Source: Blastocladiella emersonii ATCC 22665 (lineage: Eukaryota; Fungi; Blastocladiomycota). From it: a stretch of 64,000 nucleotides of DNA. This document shows, piece after piece, positions 11,878-23,598 of this stretch (position 1 is its first letter; every line of letters begins with the position of its first letter). The position numbers and the translations under genes are program-made. The stretch spans positions 1-64,000 of the forward strand of contig JANHCV010000015.1 in assembly GCA_025594325.1 (NCBI GenBank). Direction: 5' to 3'. Below the pieces are notes generated by a model that was not told where the DNA came from, ran no database searches, and was given only the letters and a program-made list of their open reading frames with translations.

Positions 11878-14800
11878 ATGGCGACCACCGAGCACAAGGT
11901 ACACACGGACCGCTCGCCTCGAGGGACGGCGGATCAGCGCGTCCGCCCGCTGGCCGAATCCGCGCCACCGTCCCTCCCCGCTCGCCAGCGCGCCGTTGCT
12001 CACTCAACCGTGAACCCGCGCCCTAGTCCACGGCCAAGCGCGACGCCCTCACGGCCACCGAGGCCGAGATGCAGGCGTTCTGGGCCAGCGAGAAGCTGTT
12101 CGAGACGGACGCGCCGGCCGACCGGTCCAAGCCCAAGTTCTTCTCCACCTTCCCGTACCCGTACATGAACGGCCGCCTGCACCTGGGCCACTTCTTCTCC
12201 TTCTCCAAGGTCGAGTTCGCCAGCGGCTACGAGCGCCTGCAGGGCAAGCAGGTCCTGCTGCCCTTCGGCTTCCACGTCACGGGCATGCCCATCAAGGCGT
12301 GCGCCGACAAGCTCAAGCGCGAGGTCGAGCTGTTCGGCCAGAACTTCGAGAACTTCGAGGCGGTCGCCGCCGAGCTCGCCCGCGAGGAGGAGGCCAAGAA
12401 GCTCGCCGAGTCGACCCAGGAGCTGTCCGTCGACCCGACCAAGATCGTCAAGAAGCACTCCAAGGCCGCCGCCAAGGCCGGCACCCAGAAGTACCAGTGG
12501 GAGATCATGGAGGCCATGGGCATGCCGCGCGAGGAGATCTACAAGTTCGCCGACTCGCTGCACTGGCTCAAGTACTTCCCGCCCTACGCCATGCAGGACC
12601 TCAACAAGTTCGGCTGCAAGATCGACTGGCGCCGCTCCTTCATCACCACCGACGTGAACTCCTTCTACGACTCGTTTGTGCGCTGGCAGTTCAACAAGCT
12701 GCACGCCCTGTCCAAGGTCAAGTTCGGCGAGCGCCACACCATCTGGTCCGTCAAGGACGGCCAGGCCTGCATGGACCACGACCGCGCCTCGGGCGAGGGC
12801 GTCGGCCCACAGGAGTACGTCGGCGTCAAGCTCGAGGTCGTCGCCGGCAAGGTCCACTCGCCCGCCTTCCAGAAGGTGCTCGCCGCCCCCACCCTCAAGG
12901 GCAAGAAGATCTTCCTCGTTGCCGCCACCCTGCGCCCCGAGACCATGTACGGCCAGACCAACTGCTTTGTCGGCAAGGACCTCGAGTACGGCCTGTGGGA
13001 GATCAACGACACGGACGTGTTCGTCTCGACCGAGCGCGCCGCCCGCAACATGTCGTTCCAGGGCTTCGCCAAGACCAAGGGCACCCCGGTCCGCCTCGCC
13101 ACCATCTCGGGCGCCGACATTATCGGCACCGCCGTGCGCGCCCCGCTCGCCAAGTACGACCACGTCTACGTGCTGCCGCTCGACCACGTCGTCGCCAACA
13201 AGGGCACCGGTATCGTCACCTCGGTCCCCTCGGACTCGCCCGACGACTACGCCATGGTCCGCGACCTCAAGAAGAAGCCCGAGTTCTACGGCATCCAGCC
13301 CGAGTGGATCCAGCCCTTCGAGGTCGTCCCCGTGCTGTCGACGCCCACCTTCGGCGAGGTCTCGGCCGCCACCGCGTGCGACCAGCTCAAGATCTCGTCG
13401 CCCAAGGACCGCGTCCAGCTCGACAAGGCCAAGGAGCTCCTGTACAAGGAGTCCTTCTACTCGGGCACCATGACCGCGGGCGAGTACGCCGGCCGCCCCG
13501 TGGCCGAGGCCAAGCCGCTCATCCGCCAGGCCATGGTCGACGCCGGCCAGGCCATGGTCTACTCGGAGCCCGAGAAGGACGTGATCTCGCGGTCGGGCGA
13601 CGAGTGCGTCGTCAACCTGTGCGACCAGTGGTACCTCGACTACGGCGAGACTGAGTGGCAGGCGCAGACCCAGCGCGTCGTCGACGGCCTCAACACGTTC
13701 CACAACGACACGCGCAACGCCTTCAACCAGACGCTCAACTGGCTCAACAAGTGGGCGTGCGCGCGCTCGTTCGGTCTCGGCACCCGCCTCCCCTGGGACC
13801 CGCAGTTCCTCATCGAGTCGCTGTCCGACTCGACCATCTACATGGCCTACTACACGGTCGCGCACATGCTGCACGCCGACCTCGAGGGCAAGGTCGCCGG
13901 CACCCTCAACATTGCGCCCGAGGCTATGACCGACGCCGAGTGGGAGTACATCTTCAACGAGTCGGCCGCGTACCCCAAGGGCTCCAAGGTGGCGCAGGCC
14001 GCGCTCGACAAGATGCGCGCCGAGTTCACCTACTTCTACCCGGTCGACCTGCGCGTGTCGGGCAAGGACCTGATCGGCAACCACCTGACCTTCTTTCTCT
14101 ACAACCACGCGTGCCTGTTCCCCGAGCACCACTGGCCGCGTGCCGTGCGCGTCAACGGCCACCTGCTGTTCAACTCGGAGAAGATGTCCAAGTCGACGGG
14201 CACCTTCGTGACCATGGGCGACGCCCTCGAGCGGTACGGCGCCGACGCGACGCGTCTCGCGATCGCCGATGCCGGCGACTCGGTCGAGGACGCCAACTTT
14301 GCCGAGACCACGGCCGTCACCGCCATCCTGCGCCTGTTCACGCAGCGCGAGTGGATCACCGACACGCTCGCCTCGGCCACGTCGCTGCGCACGGGCGCGT
14401 ACACGTTCGCGGACCGCGTGTTCCGGTCGCGCATGATCACGCTGGTGCGCGCGGCCGACGCGCAGTACGCGACCATGAACTACCGCGAGGCGCTCAAGAA
14501 CGCCTTCTTCGAGTTCCAGGACGCGCGCGACGCGTACCGCGAGGCCACGGCGCTCGTCGGCGAGGGCATGCACAAGGACGTGATTGTCGAGTTCATGCGC
14601 CTGCAGGCGGTGATCCTGTCGCCCATCACGCCGCACTGGTCCGAGTGGGTGTGGCGCACGGCCCTCGGCAACGCCACGTCGGTGCTCAACGCGGCGTGGC
14701 CCACGTTCAACGAGGACCCCGAGGCCGACGTGCTCGCGGCGTCGGCGTACCTCCAGGACGTGACCTACTCGATCCGCACGTCCGAGGCCACGCTCATGAA

Positions 14801-15227
14801 GAAGCGCAAGGGTCCCGCGCCCACGGTCAAGAAGTGCACCGTGCTCGTCGCCGACAAGTACCCGGCGTGGCAGGAGGACCTGCTCGTCGTGCTCAAGAAG
14901 GTGTACGCCGAGACGGGCAACAACTGGGCCGGCAAGGACCTGGCCGCGCTCAAGGAGGCGGGTCTGCTCAAGAACAAGAAGGCCATGCCGTTCGTCAACG
15001 AGATCAAGAAGCAGCTCGCCGTCGTCGGCGAGACCGCCTTCCACCGCACGCTCGCCTTCGACGAGGAGGCCATCCTCCGCAACAACCTCACGCTCATCAC
15101 CAAGTCGGTCGCCTACACCGAGGTCCTGATCAAGCGCACCGACGCGGCCGACCTCGACGCCGAGGAGGCCAAGAAGGTCGAGAACGCCCTGCCCGGCAAC
15201 CCCGCCCTCAAGATCACCCTCGAGTAA
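11878..15227 (+). CDS. CDC60: Cytosolic leucyl-tRNA synthetase; intron 11899-12026
   Basis: FPYPYMNGRLHLGH (HIGH) and KMSKS motifs; editing domain KGTGIVTSVPSDSPDD. Short first exon MATTEHK splices to STAKRDAL. Confidence 0.97.
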
Positions 15228-15339
15228 GCTCGCTCATTTGTTCCCCTCCCTCTAGTTTGTTGCGCATAATTGCTCTCCCATACAGTCTATTCATCATCAT
15301 CATCATCATCCATCTCGTCTCGCTCCTGCTCAAATCTAT

Positions 15340-16685
15340 CTACACGGCGGCCACGGTTGCTGCCTCCGCGGACTGCTGTTGCTGCGTGGCCGACGACGGC
15401 TCGCCAGCGTCACGCTCCCGCATCTCGCGCTGCGCGGGCGGCGACTTGGCGCGCTTGCTGTCGTTGCCGTTGCTCGCGGCGGCGGCGGCGGTCGGGATCT
15501 CGGGTAGCGTCGACTCGCGCGACCCGGGACGGGCGGGGGTCGCGGCGCCCGCGCGGTGCAGGTCGGCCATCTCGCGGACGTACTTGCTCCTGTGGTCGGC
15601 CACGTTGACGAGGTAGTGCAGGTTCTGCAGGCGCTGCACGTTCCACGTTGCGACGCGGTATGTCGGGGCCTTGTTCTCGAGGCGCTGCAGCAGGGTCTAC
15701 GTTTGCGGGAAAGGCGTGAGTGTGGGGTGTGAGGGAGCGGGCAGGTGATGGCGGAGCCGTACGCGGTTCTCGTGGTCGATGATGCGCAGCTGCTTGAGCC
15801 GCTTGTTGGTGACGCGCTCCGAGAGCACGTTGCGCAGGGCGGTGCCCTGGCCGTCGGTCGCGTACTCCTTGGCCGTGGCGATGGCGACCTGGTGGAACTT
15901 GGTGAGGAGCAGGCGGTTGCGGTGGTCGATGTGGTCCTGGCGGTCTACGGACGTTTCGGGGGGAGGTGAGCAATGGTCGCGTCGACACACTCGCGAGCGA
16001 AGCACGTACCCTTCTCGATCTGGACCTTCTTGGGGTTGACCTTGCGCCACTCGCCGAAGCTGACGGGGCAGTTGTCGTCAACCGTGGTCGAGGCGTCGTG
16101 CACAGCCTTGCGGTGCAGCTCGAACCGCTTCTTGTCCCAGCGCTCGGCGAGGATCCGGTTCGAGACGGGCTGGATGGTCGGGAAGTCCTCGATGCTCATG
16201 AGCCGCTTGGGCAGCTTGGCGCCGCCCGCCGACTCGCTAGGCGTCGGGTCGATGGCCTGCCGCGGCGCGGCGGGCGCGGCCTGCTTCTTGGGAGACGACG
16301 ACTTGGGCGCGCGGTGGCCGCTTGAGTAGCCGGCCGCCGGGGTCGACTTTTTCTTGGTCGGCGACGGTGCGGCGGCAGCAGCGGGTTTCGGCGCGGGCTC
16401 CTGCGGCTTCGGCTGCCGTTCGTGGGCCGCCGAGGTGGGCTTCGGAACAGCGCCCGCGGAACTGGCCCGCGCCTGCGCGGGTGGCGCCGAGGTCGGCTCT
16501 GCAGCAGCAGACTGGGCCGGCTGCTCCTGCTTCGGCGCGGCAGTCTCTGGAGCGGGAGCAGGCTCGCTGACGCCGGCGTCGGACCCGTCGGGCTGGCCCG
16601 ACGACGGGTCGCTCGCGGACTCGAAGGCGTCGTCGTCGTAGGCGTTGCTGGCTGGTCCAGCGTCGGGTTTCGGTTCGTCGCTCAT
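15340..16685 (-). CDS. CFAP97/KIAA1430 (Hemingway)-domain flagellar-associated protein; introns 15945-16009 and 15697-15760
   Basis: PVSNRILAERWDKKRFELHRKAVHDASTTVDDNCP...NPKKVQIEK-DRQDHIDHRNRLLLTKF resembles the KIAA1430 domain pattern. Both introns splice in frame. Confidence 0.65.
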
Positions 16686-17390
16686 GGTGGTGGTGGTGGT
16701 GCGGTTGCTCGGTTTCGTAGAGTTGGAGCGCAAGAGCACAATGATGATTCATTCGGAGTGCGTGGAGTAGCTACGCGATCATAGTGCGAGACATGTCTCG
16801 CGCGCGACGGGGACGGAGAAACGCGTCGCGAAACGCGGTCAGCTGATGCCCTCACTCAGCTGCGCCACACCTCCAGCGAGGGGAACCGGCCCTTGCGAAG
16901 TCCGCAACACGTTTTTGATGCACACGTCCATGGAGCACTACACCACTCGATGCAGCGCGATGATGCGGCCCGTGCAGCAGCGGTGCTTCCAGAACCGCCA
17001 CGCGGCGGCGCGCGTCACGTCACCGGCACGCCGAGCTGTGCCGCGTCGCTGCGTTGGGGGCGTGATTTCGTTCACACCGTGAGCGAACGAGCGCTGGCGG
17101 CCCAACCGGTGGAGCGTCGGAAGAGGGATCCGCTGCTGGCGGAAACGTGGTCGCGCACGCTCGCAGTGATGCAGTCGGGGAGCACGACGAGTAGTACCGC
17201 GGCCGTGATTGGCCCGCGCTGCGCCACGGACGCGCGTGGGCCCATGGCCGGCCGTCAACGAAACGTGGTGTCTATCGCGGCCGCGCTCGATCATCGAGGA
17301 GGACGAGGACAAGGAGGATTTGTATCGCGAGAGGCCCGCTTCGCGGTTTGGCTGCTTCTCCTCCTCTGCTCTACTACCGCCATCACCATC

Positions 17391-18016
17391 ATGTCGCTCG
17401 TCGCGCTCGCCCGGGTGTTGCAGAGCGTGGCGCTCTTCTACGTGCTCTTCCACGCCGTGGCCTCGGCCAATGTCGGACTCCTGGTCCTTGCCGCTGCCCG
17501 TACGACACACGAGGACACCGATGCGTAGACGCAGTGCTCACTCCGCTCCTGTCCGTAGAGAACCCAACAGCGAGCCGGCTCTCGCTCGTCGCGTCGCTAA
17601 AGCCAACTCAGCGCGAAACGATGATCAACGAGCTGATGCGCGTCGGGGCCGTGATCCTGACGGGGACCGTGGTCGACGTGCTGGCGTGCGTGTCGCTGTT
17701 CCACGCGCGCCACCGGCGGATCTGGCTGTTCACGTCCATGGGTGCGACCCTGATGCAGCTCGCGCGCACGGCGTACCTCCTGCTCGCGTACGTGGAGATG
17801 GCGTCGGCGCCCGGGTGGACGGTGCAGTGGACCGAGGCGGCCATCGCGCTGTTCGTGCTCGAGGCGCTCCAGCTGATCGGGACCGTGACCATGGGGATCG
17901 CGGCCGAGGACCGGTCTGCGGCGTCTCCGCTCGGCGGCGCCGAGAAGGCCGCGTCGTACAAGAAGTCGGGCGGCGCGCTCAGCAGCTCGGTCGGCGTGTC
18001 CTCGGTCAACTTCTAG
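17391..18016 (+). CDS. Hypothetical multi-pass membrane protein (spliced; exon structure uncertain)
   Basis: Several hydrophobic segments with host-like codon usage. Probable intron from about 17499. Confidence 0.45.
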
Positions 18017-18468
18017 GCCCCTCCGCGCTCTGAGCTCTCTGTACATATACGTTCTCTTTGGTGTGACAATGGACGGAGCCGCGTCGTGTCGCGTGGGAGG
18101 GTTGCAACTCTAAGCAAGGCAACCGACATTCCGGGCAAGTCGGCCTGCAGGTCGCCGCCGCCGCGGGTGAAACGGGCGCCCTTGCGTCTGGCCCGCGCCC
18201 TGAGCGGGGCCGAGCCGGAGCGCGACGCGGCGGCCGCACCGACGCGCCCGCCCGCGTGGCCGCCGGCGCAGACACCCGTTTGGGGGCGGCGGCGGTGGCG
18301 GCCGCAGGAAGCGAGGAGAGGAGTGTGCGCGTTTCGCGGCGTCGCAACGCGTTGGCATCGAAAACGGTCAGCGCGCGCCCGGCCATCGCTGCGGGCCACG
18401 ACCCCCATGGATCCATGTAAACCGGCCCCCTCTCCGCCGCGGCCACTTGTTGCACCGGGCTCGCGCGT

Positions 18469-20844
18469 GTGATACTTGCCCTTCCTGGCCCTAAGCGTCG
18501 CCTAGACTTGCGCGCCTGTGATCGCGACCCCCGCCGCTCCGTTCGACCTCGCGCGCCCCGACCATCGACCTCCTCTCGCCCTCCACACAACCACTCCATG
18601 TGTACGCACACTCGTGCCACCAACCGAAGCGCTCTCACTCACCCTGAGCCTGACGGGAACCACCATCTAGGGCGGCCCGCGCACCCCCAACCGTGCCGGT
18701 GCTCCGAGTGCGAGCCGCGATCGCCGCCGCGCCGCCACGCCTCGTTCCCGCAGCACCAGCAGCACCAGCAGCCGCACCAGCAGCCGTACTACGACCGCGA
18801 CCATGCTCGGGACCCGTGTGAGTACCCTCCTGCGCACCGCGCGGAGCGGCCCTCGAGCCGCGTCGGCGACATTGACATGAACCGGCTCGCCGAGGCGCTG
18901 TACCTCGTCTCCGAGGGTCGCCCGCCGTCCGAGATCGCCGAGCGGCTCGCGCCTGCTGCTACCGAAACTCGGCGGCCGCGGCATGACGGTAACCGCGCTC
19001 GTGGTGAGCCCGCGGCGTACCCGCACCGCGGCGATACGGGTCCGTCCTCGCCGTACCACGGCTACGCCGACGACGACGCCGACTCGCTCGGGTACCTCGG
19101 CAGCGGGTCGTCTCGCAGCAGTGGTAGCCGCTCGCGGCACTCGTGGGCAAGCGGCTCGGACCATGCTGATGGTGCTGGGCGGCGAGACTCCAACGGCGCG
19201 CATCATCACCGTCGCGCCGTCCCCTCGCCCACGTTTACCAACCAGCAGCCGCACGCGTATCAGCACCCGCCCAGCGCACCTCGTGATCGCGTATCCTCGA
19301 CGTCGAGCCGTGCCTACGAGCCGCCGTCGGTCCCGTCGCCTCCCCGCCAGCGCCCCCACTACCGCCCTCCATCCCTCCACCTCGACTCGGCGCGAACCGA
19401 GCCGCACTCGGCCGCACCCGTGTCGCCCGCCCGCTACCCTTGCGAGGACCATCGCCGTCCTACTCGCCGTCCTTCGCCTCCACCAACACCGATTCGATCG
19501 TCTGCAGCTCCGCCGACCCCCGCCGCACCACTACGGCCAGCAACGCCGCCCTCACCTCGCCCTGCACCAACCAGCGACCGCACCGCCCGCGTGCACGCCG
19601 AACTCGTCGCCGCCCTCGCCGACCGTGAGGCGACCATCGCAGGCCTTCGCGACGAGCTGAGCGCGCAGTCGACCGAGTGCACCGAGCTCCGCGACGCGCT
19701 CGATGCAGAGCAGGCCGCCGCCGCCGACCTCCGCGCCGCCCTCGACTCAGAGCGCGCAACCTCGGGCCAGCTGCGCGCCGAGCTCGCGGCCGCACACGAG
19801 ACGCTCGACACGCGGACCGCCTCGCTCGACGCTGCCACGGCCGAGATCGACGTCCTGCGCGCGCGTAACATCGAGCTCGAGGACATGCTCGAGCGCGCGC
19901 GGACCGAGGCCGCTGACGCGATCCGCGCCGCTGAGGTTGCGTCCGCAGCCGCGCGCGAAGCGGGTGCTGCGTGTGAGACGGCACGCGAGGCTCTCGCGGC
20001 GTGTGTCGATGCACTCCGTGCGCGTAACGCGCGCGTCGTCGAGCTCACGGCGCTGCTCGACATGACGCAGCGCGAGGTCGAGGCGCGGACCGCCGAGAAC
20101 GCGCGGCTCGGGTCACGGCTCGAGGTGCTCGAGAACGCCGTCATGGCGCTCCAGGGCGCCGCGGTCGCTGCTGCTGCCGCGCAAGCCGCGGTGCCGGCAC
20201 CTGTACTAGAGCCAGAGCCTGAACCAGATTCTGAACCAGCGGTCCCTCCACCAAGCGAGACGCTCGAAGTCGGCGTGCAGACGGTCCAGCCTGAGCTCGT
20301 CTCGACTGCAACCTCGACCTCGCCCATGTGCGCCCTCGTGTCGACCGCCACGTCGCCCATGCTCGCTCCGGCCTCGCCACCACCACGCGCACCCGCATCG
20401 CCGCCCGTTCTCAGTCTCGACGCGTCACGGCCTGCGAGCCCGCTGGCCCTCGACACGCCTGCGCCCTCGCCGTCGTCCGCTGCTGCCCGCGCGCTCCCGC
20501 TACCCATACCTCCCACCCCCGCACCCTCGGCACGCCCCGAGGAGCCCAAGGCCGGACCTCTCCCGCATCATCACCTCCTCTCCCAACCCGTTTTGAACCC
20601 ATTTACCCCTCCACAATCGCCGCGACCCGCTCGCCTCCTTTCATCCCTTGCTACCCCATTGCACCACCCGCCCGTCCCAGCGTGTCCGTACCACCGCTCG
20701 CCATCACGCCGGCCAGCGTCCGCCACGCCCGCGTCCCTCGTCCTCGTCGGCGCCGCGGTCCTCGCGCAGCTCGCGGCCATGGCGAACGGCACAGCGGCGG
20801 CCGTCGCGCGACACTGTAACACCGCCCACTCTCCCCACTTGTGA
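18469..20844 (+). CDS. Hypothetical protein with a central coiled coil and Pro-rich flanks (start uncertain)
   Basis: 791-codon ORF. Heptad-like Ala/Glu/Leu region at about 19600-20160. Confidence 0.6.
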   Translation: MILALPGPKRRLDLRACDRDPRRSVRPRAPRPSTSSRPPHNHSMCTHTRATNRSALTHPEPDGNHHLGRPAHPQPCRCSECEPRSPPRRHASFPQHQQHQQPHQQPYYDRDHARDPCEYPPAHRAERPSSRVGDIDMNRLAEALYLVSEGRPPSEIAERLAPAATETRRPRHDGNRARGEPAAYPHRGDTGPSSPYHGYADDDADSLGYLGSGSSRSSGSRSRHSWASGSDHADGAGRRDSNGAHHHRRAVPSPTFTNQQPHAYQHPPSAPRDRVSSTSSRAYEPPSVPSPPRQRPHYRPPSLHLDSARTEPHSAAPVSPARYPCEDHRRPTRRPSPPPTPIRSSAAPPTPAAPLRPATPPSPRPAPTSDRTARVHAELVAALADREATIAGLRDELSAQSTECTELRDALDAEQAAAADLRAALDSERATSGQLRAELAAAHETLDTRTASLDAATAEIDVLRARNIELEDMLERARTEAADAIRAAEVASAAAREAGAACETAREALAACVDALRARNARVVELTALLDMTQREVEARTAENARLGSRLEVLENAVMALQGAAVAAAAAQAAVPAPVLEPEPEPDSEPAVPPPSETLEVGVQTVQPELVSTATSTSPMCALVSTATSPMLAPASPPPRAPASPPVLSLDASRPASPLALDTPAPSPSSAAARALPLPIPPTPAPSARPEEPKAGPLPHHHLLSQPVLNPFTPPQSPRPARLLSSLATPLHHPPVPACPYHRSPSRRPASATPASLVLVGAAVLAQLAAMANGTAAAVARHCNTAHSPHL

Positions 20845-21120
20845 CGTTTTTGAACCTTTGCTCGGTTGCGCGCGGGCTTCGTGGCCCTGCCTTGTAGAAT
20901 ATACGACGTGCCCAATCAGCGTGACCCGATCGACGGCAGGCCGCGGCGGTTCCGCCGTGTTGTTGATCGACGCGGCCGCGCTCCCTCGGCCGCCGCCAAC
21001 TCCTCCCCGCTTAGAGAAGGCATTTTTGACACTAACCGCAATGTAACTACTTTGAATCCATGAATCACGGCGCACGCACTCATCGCGCCGATCCCGTCGC
21101 CGCTCCTAGCCCGCAGCGCC

Positions 21121-22240
21121 ATGTCCGCCCTCGCGACCCGCCTGCGCACCGCGGCCACGGCCGTGCACCGGCGCACGCTGCCGTACCAGCAGCTCGCGCG
21201 CCTCGACAAGCCCGCGGGGACGTACCTACTGTACCTGCCGTGTACGTGGTCGATCCTCATGGCCGCGAACCAGACGGGCCACCTTCTGCCGGCGCTCGCC
21301 ACGGCCAAGATGCTCGCGCTGTTTGGGACCGGCGCCTTTGTTATGCGCGGCGCCGGGTGCACCATCAACGACCTGTGGGACCGCGACTTTGACAAGCGCG
21401 TCGAGCGCACCAAGGACCGCCCGCTCGCGTCCGGCGCGGTCACGGTCCCGCAGGCCGTCGGGTTCCTCGGCGTGCAGCTCAGTGCGGGGCTCGCCGTGCT
21501 CACGCAGCTCAACCTGACGAGGTGCGTTCGAGCTCTCGTTGCTGTGGCCGATGTGGGCGGGTACTGACGTCCGTGCGACTAGTATCGCGCTCGGCGCGTC
21601 TTCGCTCGTCCTCGTTGCGGCGTACCCGGCCATGAAGCGGATCACCTACTATCCGCAGTTTGTACTCGGTACGAACGGCACCCTTCAACTCACTCGCCCA
21701 TACTCACACGCTTCCTCCCGCGTAGGCCTGACGTTCAACTGGGGCGCGCTGCTCGGGTTCACAGCCATGACCGAGACGCTCCCGCTCGCGCAAGCGCTGC
21801 CGCTGTACGGCGCGGGCGTGTGCTGGACACTGGTATACGACACGCTGTACGCGCACCAGGACAAGGCCGACGACGTGCACGTGGGCGTCAAGTCGACGGC
21901 GCTGGCGTTCGGCGAGCAGGGGACCAAGCCGATCCTGACGGCGCTCGCCGTCGCCTCGGGCGGCCTGCTGTGCGCGTCGGGCGTCGCCGCGGGCGTCGGG
22001 CCCGCGTACTTTGCGGGCGCGGCCGCAGGCGTCGGCAACATGCTGTACACGACGTGGAAGGCGGACCTCGCGAACCCCGCGTCGTGCGGGTGGGCGTTCC
22101 GCAAGAGCGCGTGGGCTGGCGTGTTCGTCGCGGGCGGGCTCGCTGTCGACTATGCGTGGCGGTTGATGCACGCCGAAGCGGACCAGGACGAGAACAAGGT
22201 CGCCGAGGAGGACGAAGCTGCGTCGTCGGCGGTTGCGTGA
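21121..22240 (+). CDS. COQ2: 4-hydroxybenzoate polyprenyltransferase (UbiA family); introns 21522-21582 and 21669-21725
   Basis: [66 protein letters not shown]...GVKSTAL. Confidence 0.96.
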
Positions 22241-23543
22241 GACTCGTGGATACATTACTAGCTAGATCAGCCCGTCGGATGTTGCCTGTCTGTTGTTGCT
22301 GCGAAGCAACGATCATGCCCAGATGCAACGGCCTGTGCAACGGCCGGCACGCGCTATGCTCGCGGTACGTGGTGAACTGGCACGGCGGCTGCGGGGGCAA
22401 GAAAGGATTCTGACCGAGGACGACGTGAAACAGAGTCGTCTGATGAGTCGTTTGAACGATAAAATGGGCGGACATAGTTAACCTAATCAAGCTCTGAAGT
22501 TGGCGAGCAGACTTAAGGGCAGGGCTCGAGTCGAAGACAGGCCAAAGTAGCAACTCGATCCCGTCGAGGGGACGATAGAGTGTATCTCTCACTTGTATGC
22601 CAGAAGGCCACGTAAATGGGCTCAACCGACGACCGTTTCGGAGATGTAATGCGCTGTTGGCATACGTTTTGACCACTATCGGCGACGGACCAAGACCCTC
22701 AAATGAGTCGAGGCATACACACGATGATGGCTTCGAACGTGCCGGGTTTGCCATAAGGCTAGCAAGTCGTGTCGAGGTTGATGAGTGTAGGCGAGCCCTC
22801 GAGCGCTCCACGCGCTCCTCGGCACCCCGCAGGGGAGGTCGCCGAGGCCCCGGTCGCTGCAACACGCCGGATGGAGATCGAGCCCGCCAGGTGCGGTCTG
22901 CTCTTGTCGCTCGTGTGTAGGGGAGAGCCGCGTGGGGGAGTCATGCCCTCCCACAATATCGGGACGAGAAATGAGTAGGGAGCAAAGTCAGGGAGTGGGG
23001 CTGGGCGGTGTTTTAAGCTCGCTTCGAGGTGGGCTGGGGCCACGTGACTGGTTGCTAGGCGTCGATCGCCGCCCCCAGTGAAGCTTCCGCCGCGAGTTGG
23101 CACACTTAAGCGGTAGATTCATGGAGGAAACTCAAGTTGAACGGCTGGAGTCATAAGAGTCGGTACAGCGGTGGAGCTGGAGACGATCAGGTGCGAGGGG
23201 CCGCCGCCCCGCGTGAGGCGACGCGACCCGCTTCAGCCTTGGTGCAGCCGTCGAAACACTCCCGCGTGCACGAACGTTCTACGAATTGCTTTCGAAGCCC
23301 TATAAAGGCGAGTTACCCCTTAATTTACATCAACGGCCAGGAGTGCTTGCTTGAGGTCCACCCTGGGCCGCACCTGGCCGCTCTCACTGTCACGGCCGCG
23401 AGCGTCCAAACGTGCATACTTGCTTGTTGGATGTGGGACGGTTGCGTGTGGACAAAATCCAGAGCGGCCGTCCGCGACGCGTCGCGCCACACCTCGAGGA
23501 CCTGTCAGGGCAATCGGCCGAGCTGGGAACCTGAGAGCGGGTC

Positions 23544-23598
23544 TCACGCGCGGTCCGCTCTCGCTCCCGCGGCGCAACTCGATGCAACGAATGGAAAA
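23544..23598 (+). promoter_or_regulatory. Conserved upstream motif of the F-box-like family, copy 1
   Basis: cgctctcgctcc...ATGcaacgaATGgaaaa|ATG; matches the motif before copies 2-5. Confidence 0.65.

Noticed and set aside
12000-15044. 1014-aa antisense ORF over LeuRS; similar long antisense or alternate-frame ORFs over HSP90 (53045-55186), subtilisin and the Sec7 gene (57882-60026)
   Set aside because: These are shadows of extreme G/C bias at third codon positions, which removes stops on the opposite strand. They carry no recognisable motifs.
15291-15310. (CAT)n microsatellite after LeuRS
   Set aside because: An ordinary short tandem repeat in a 3' UTR region.
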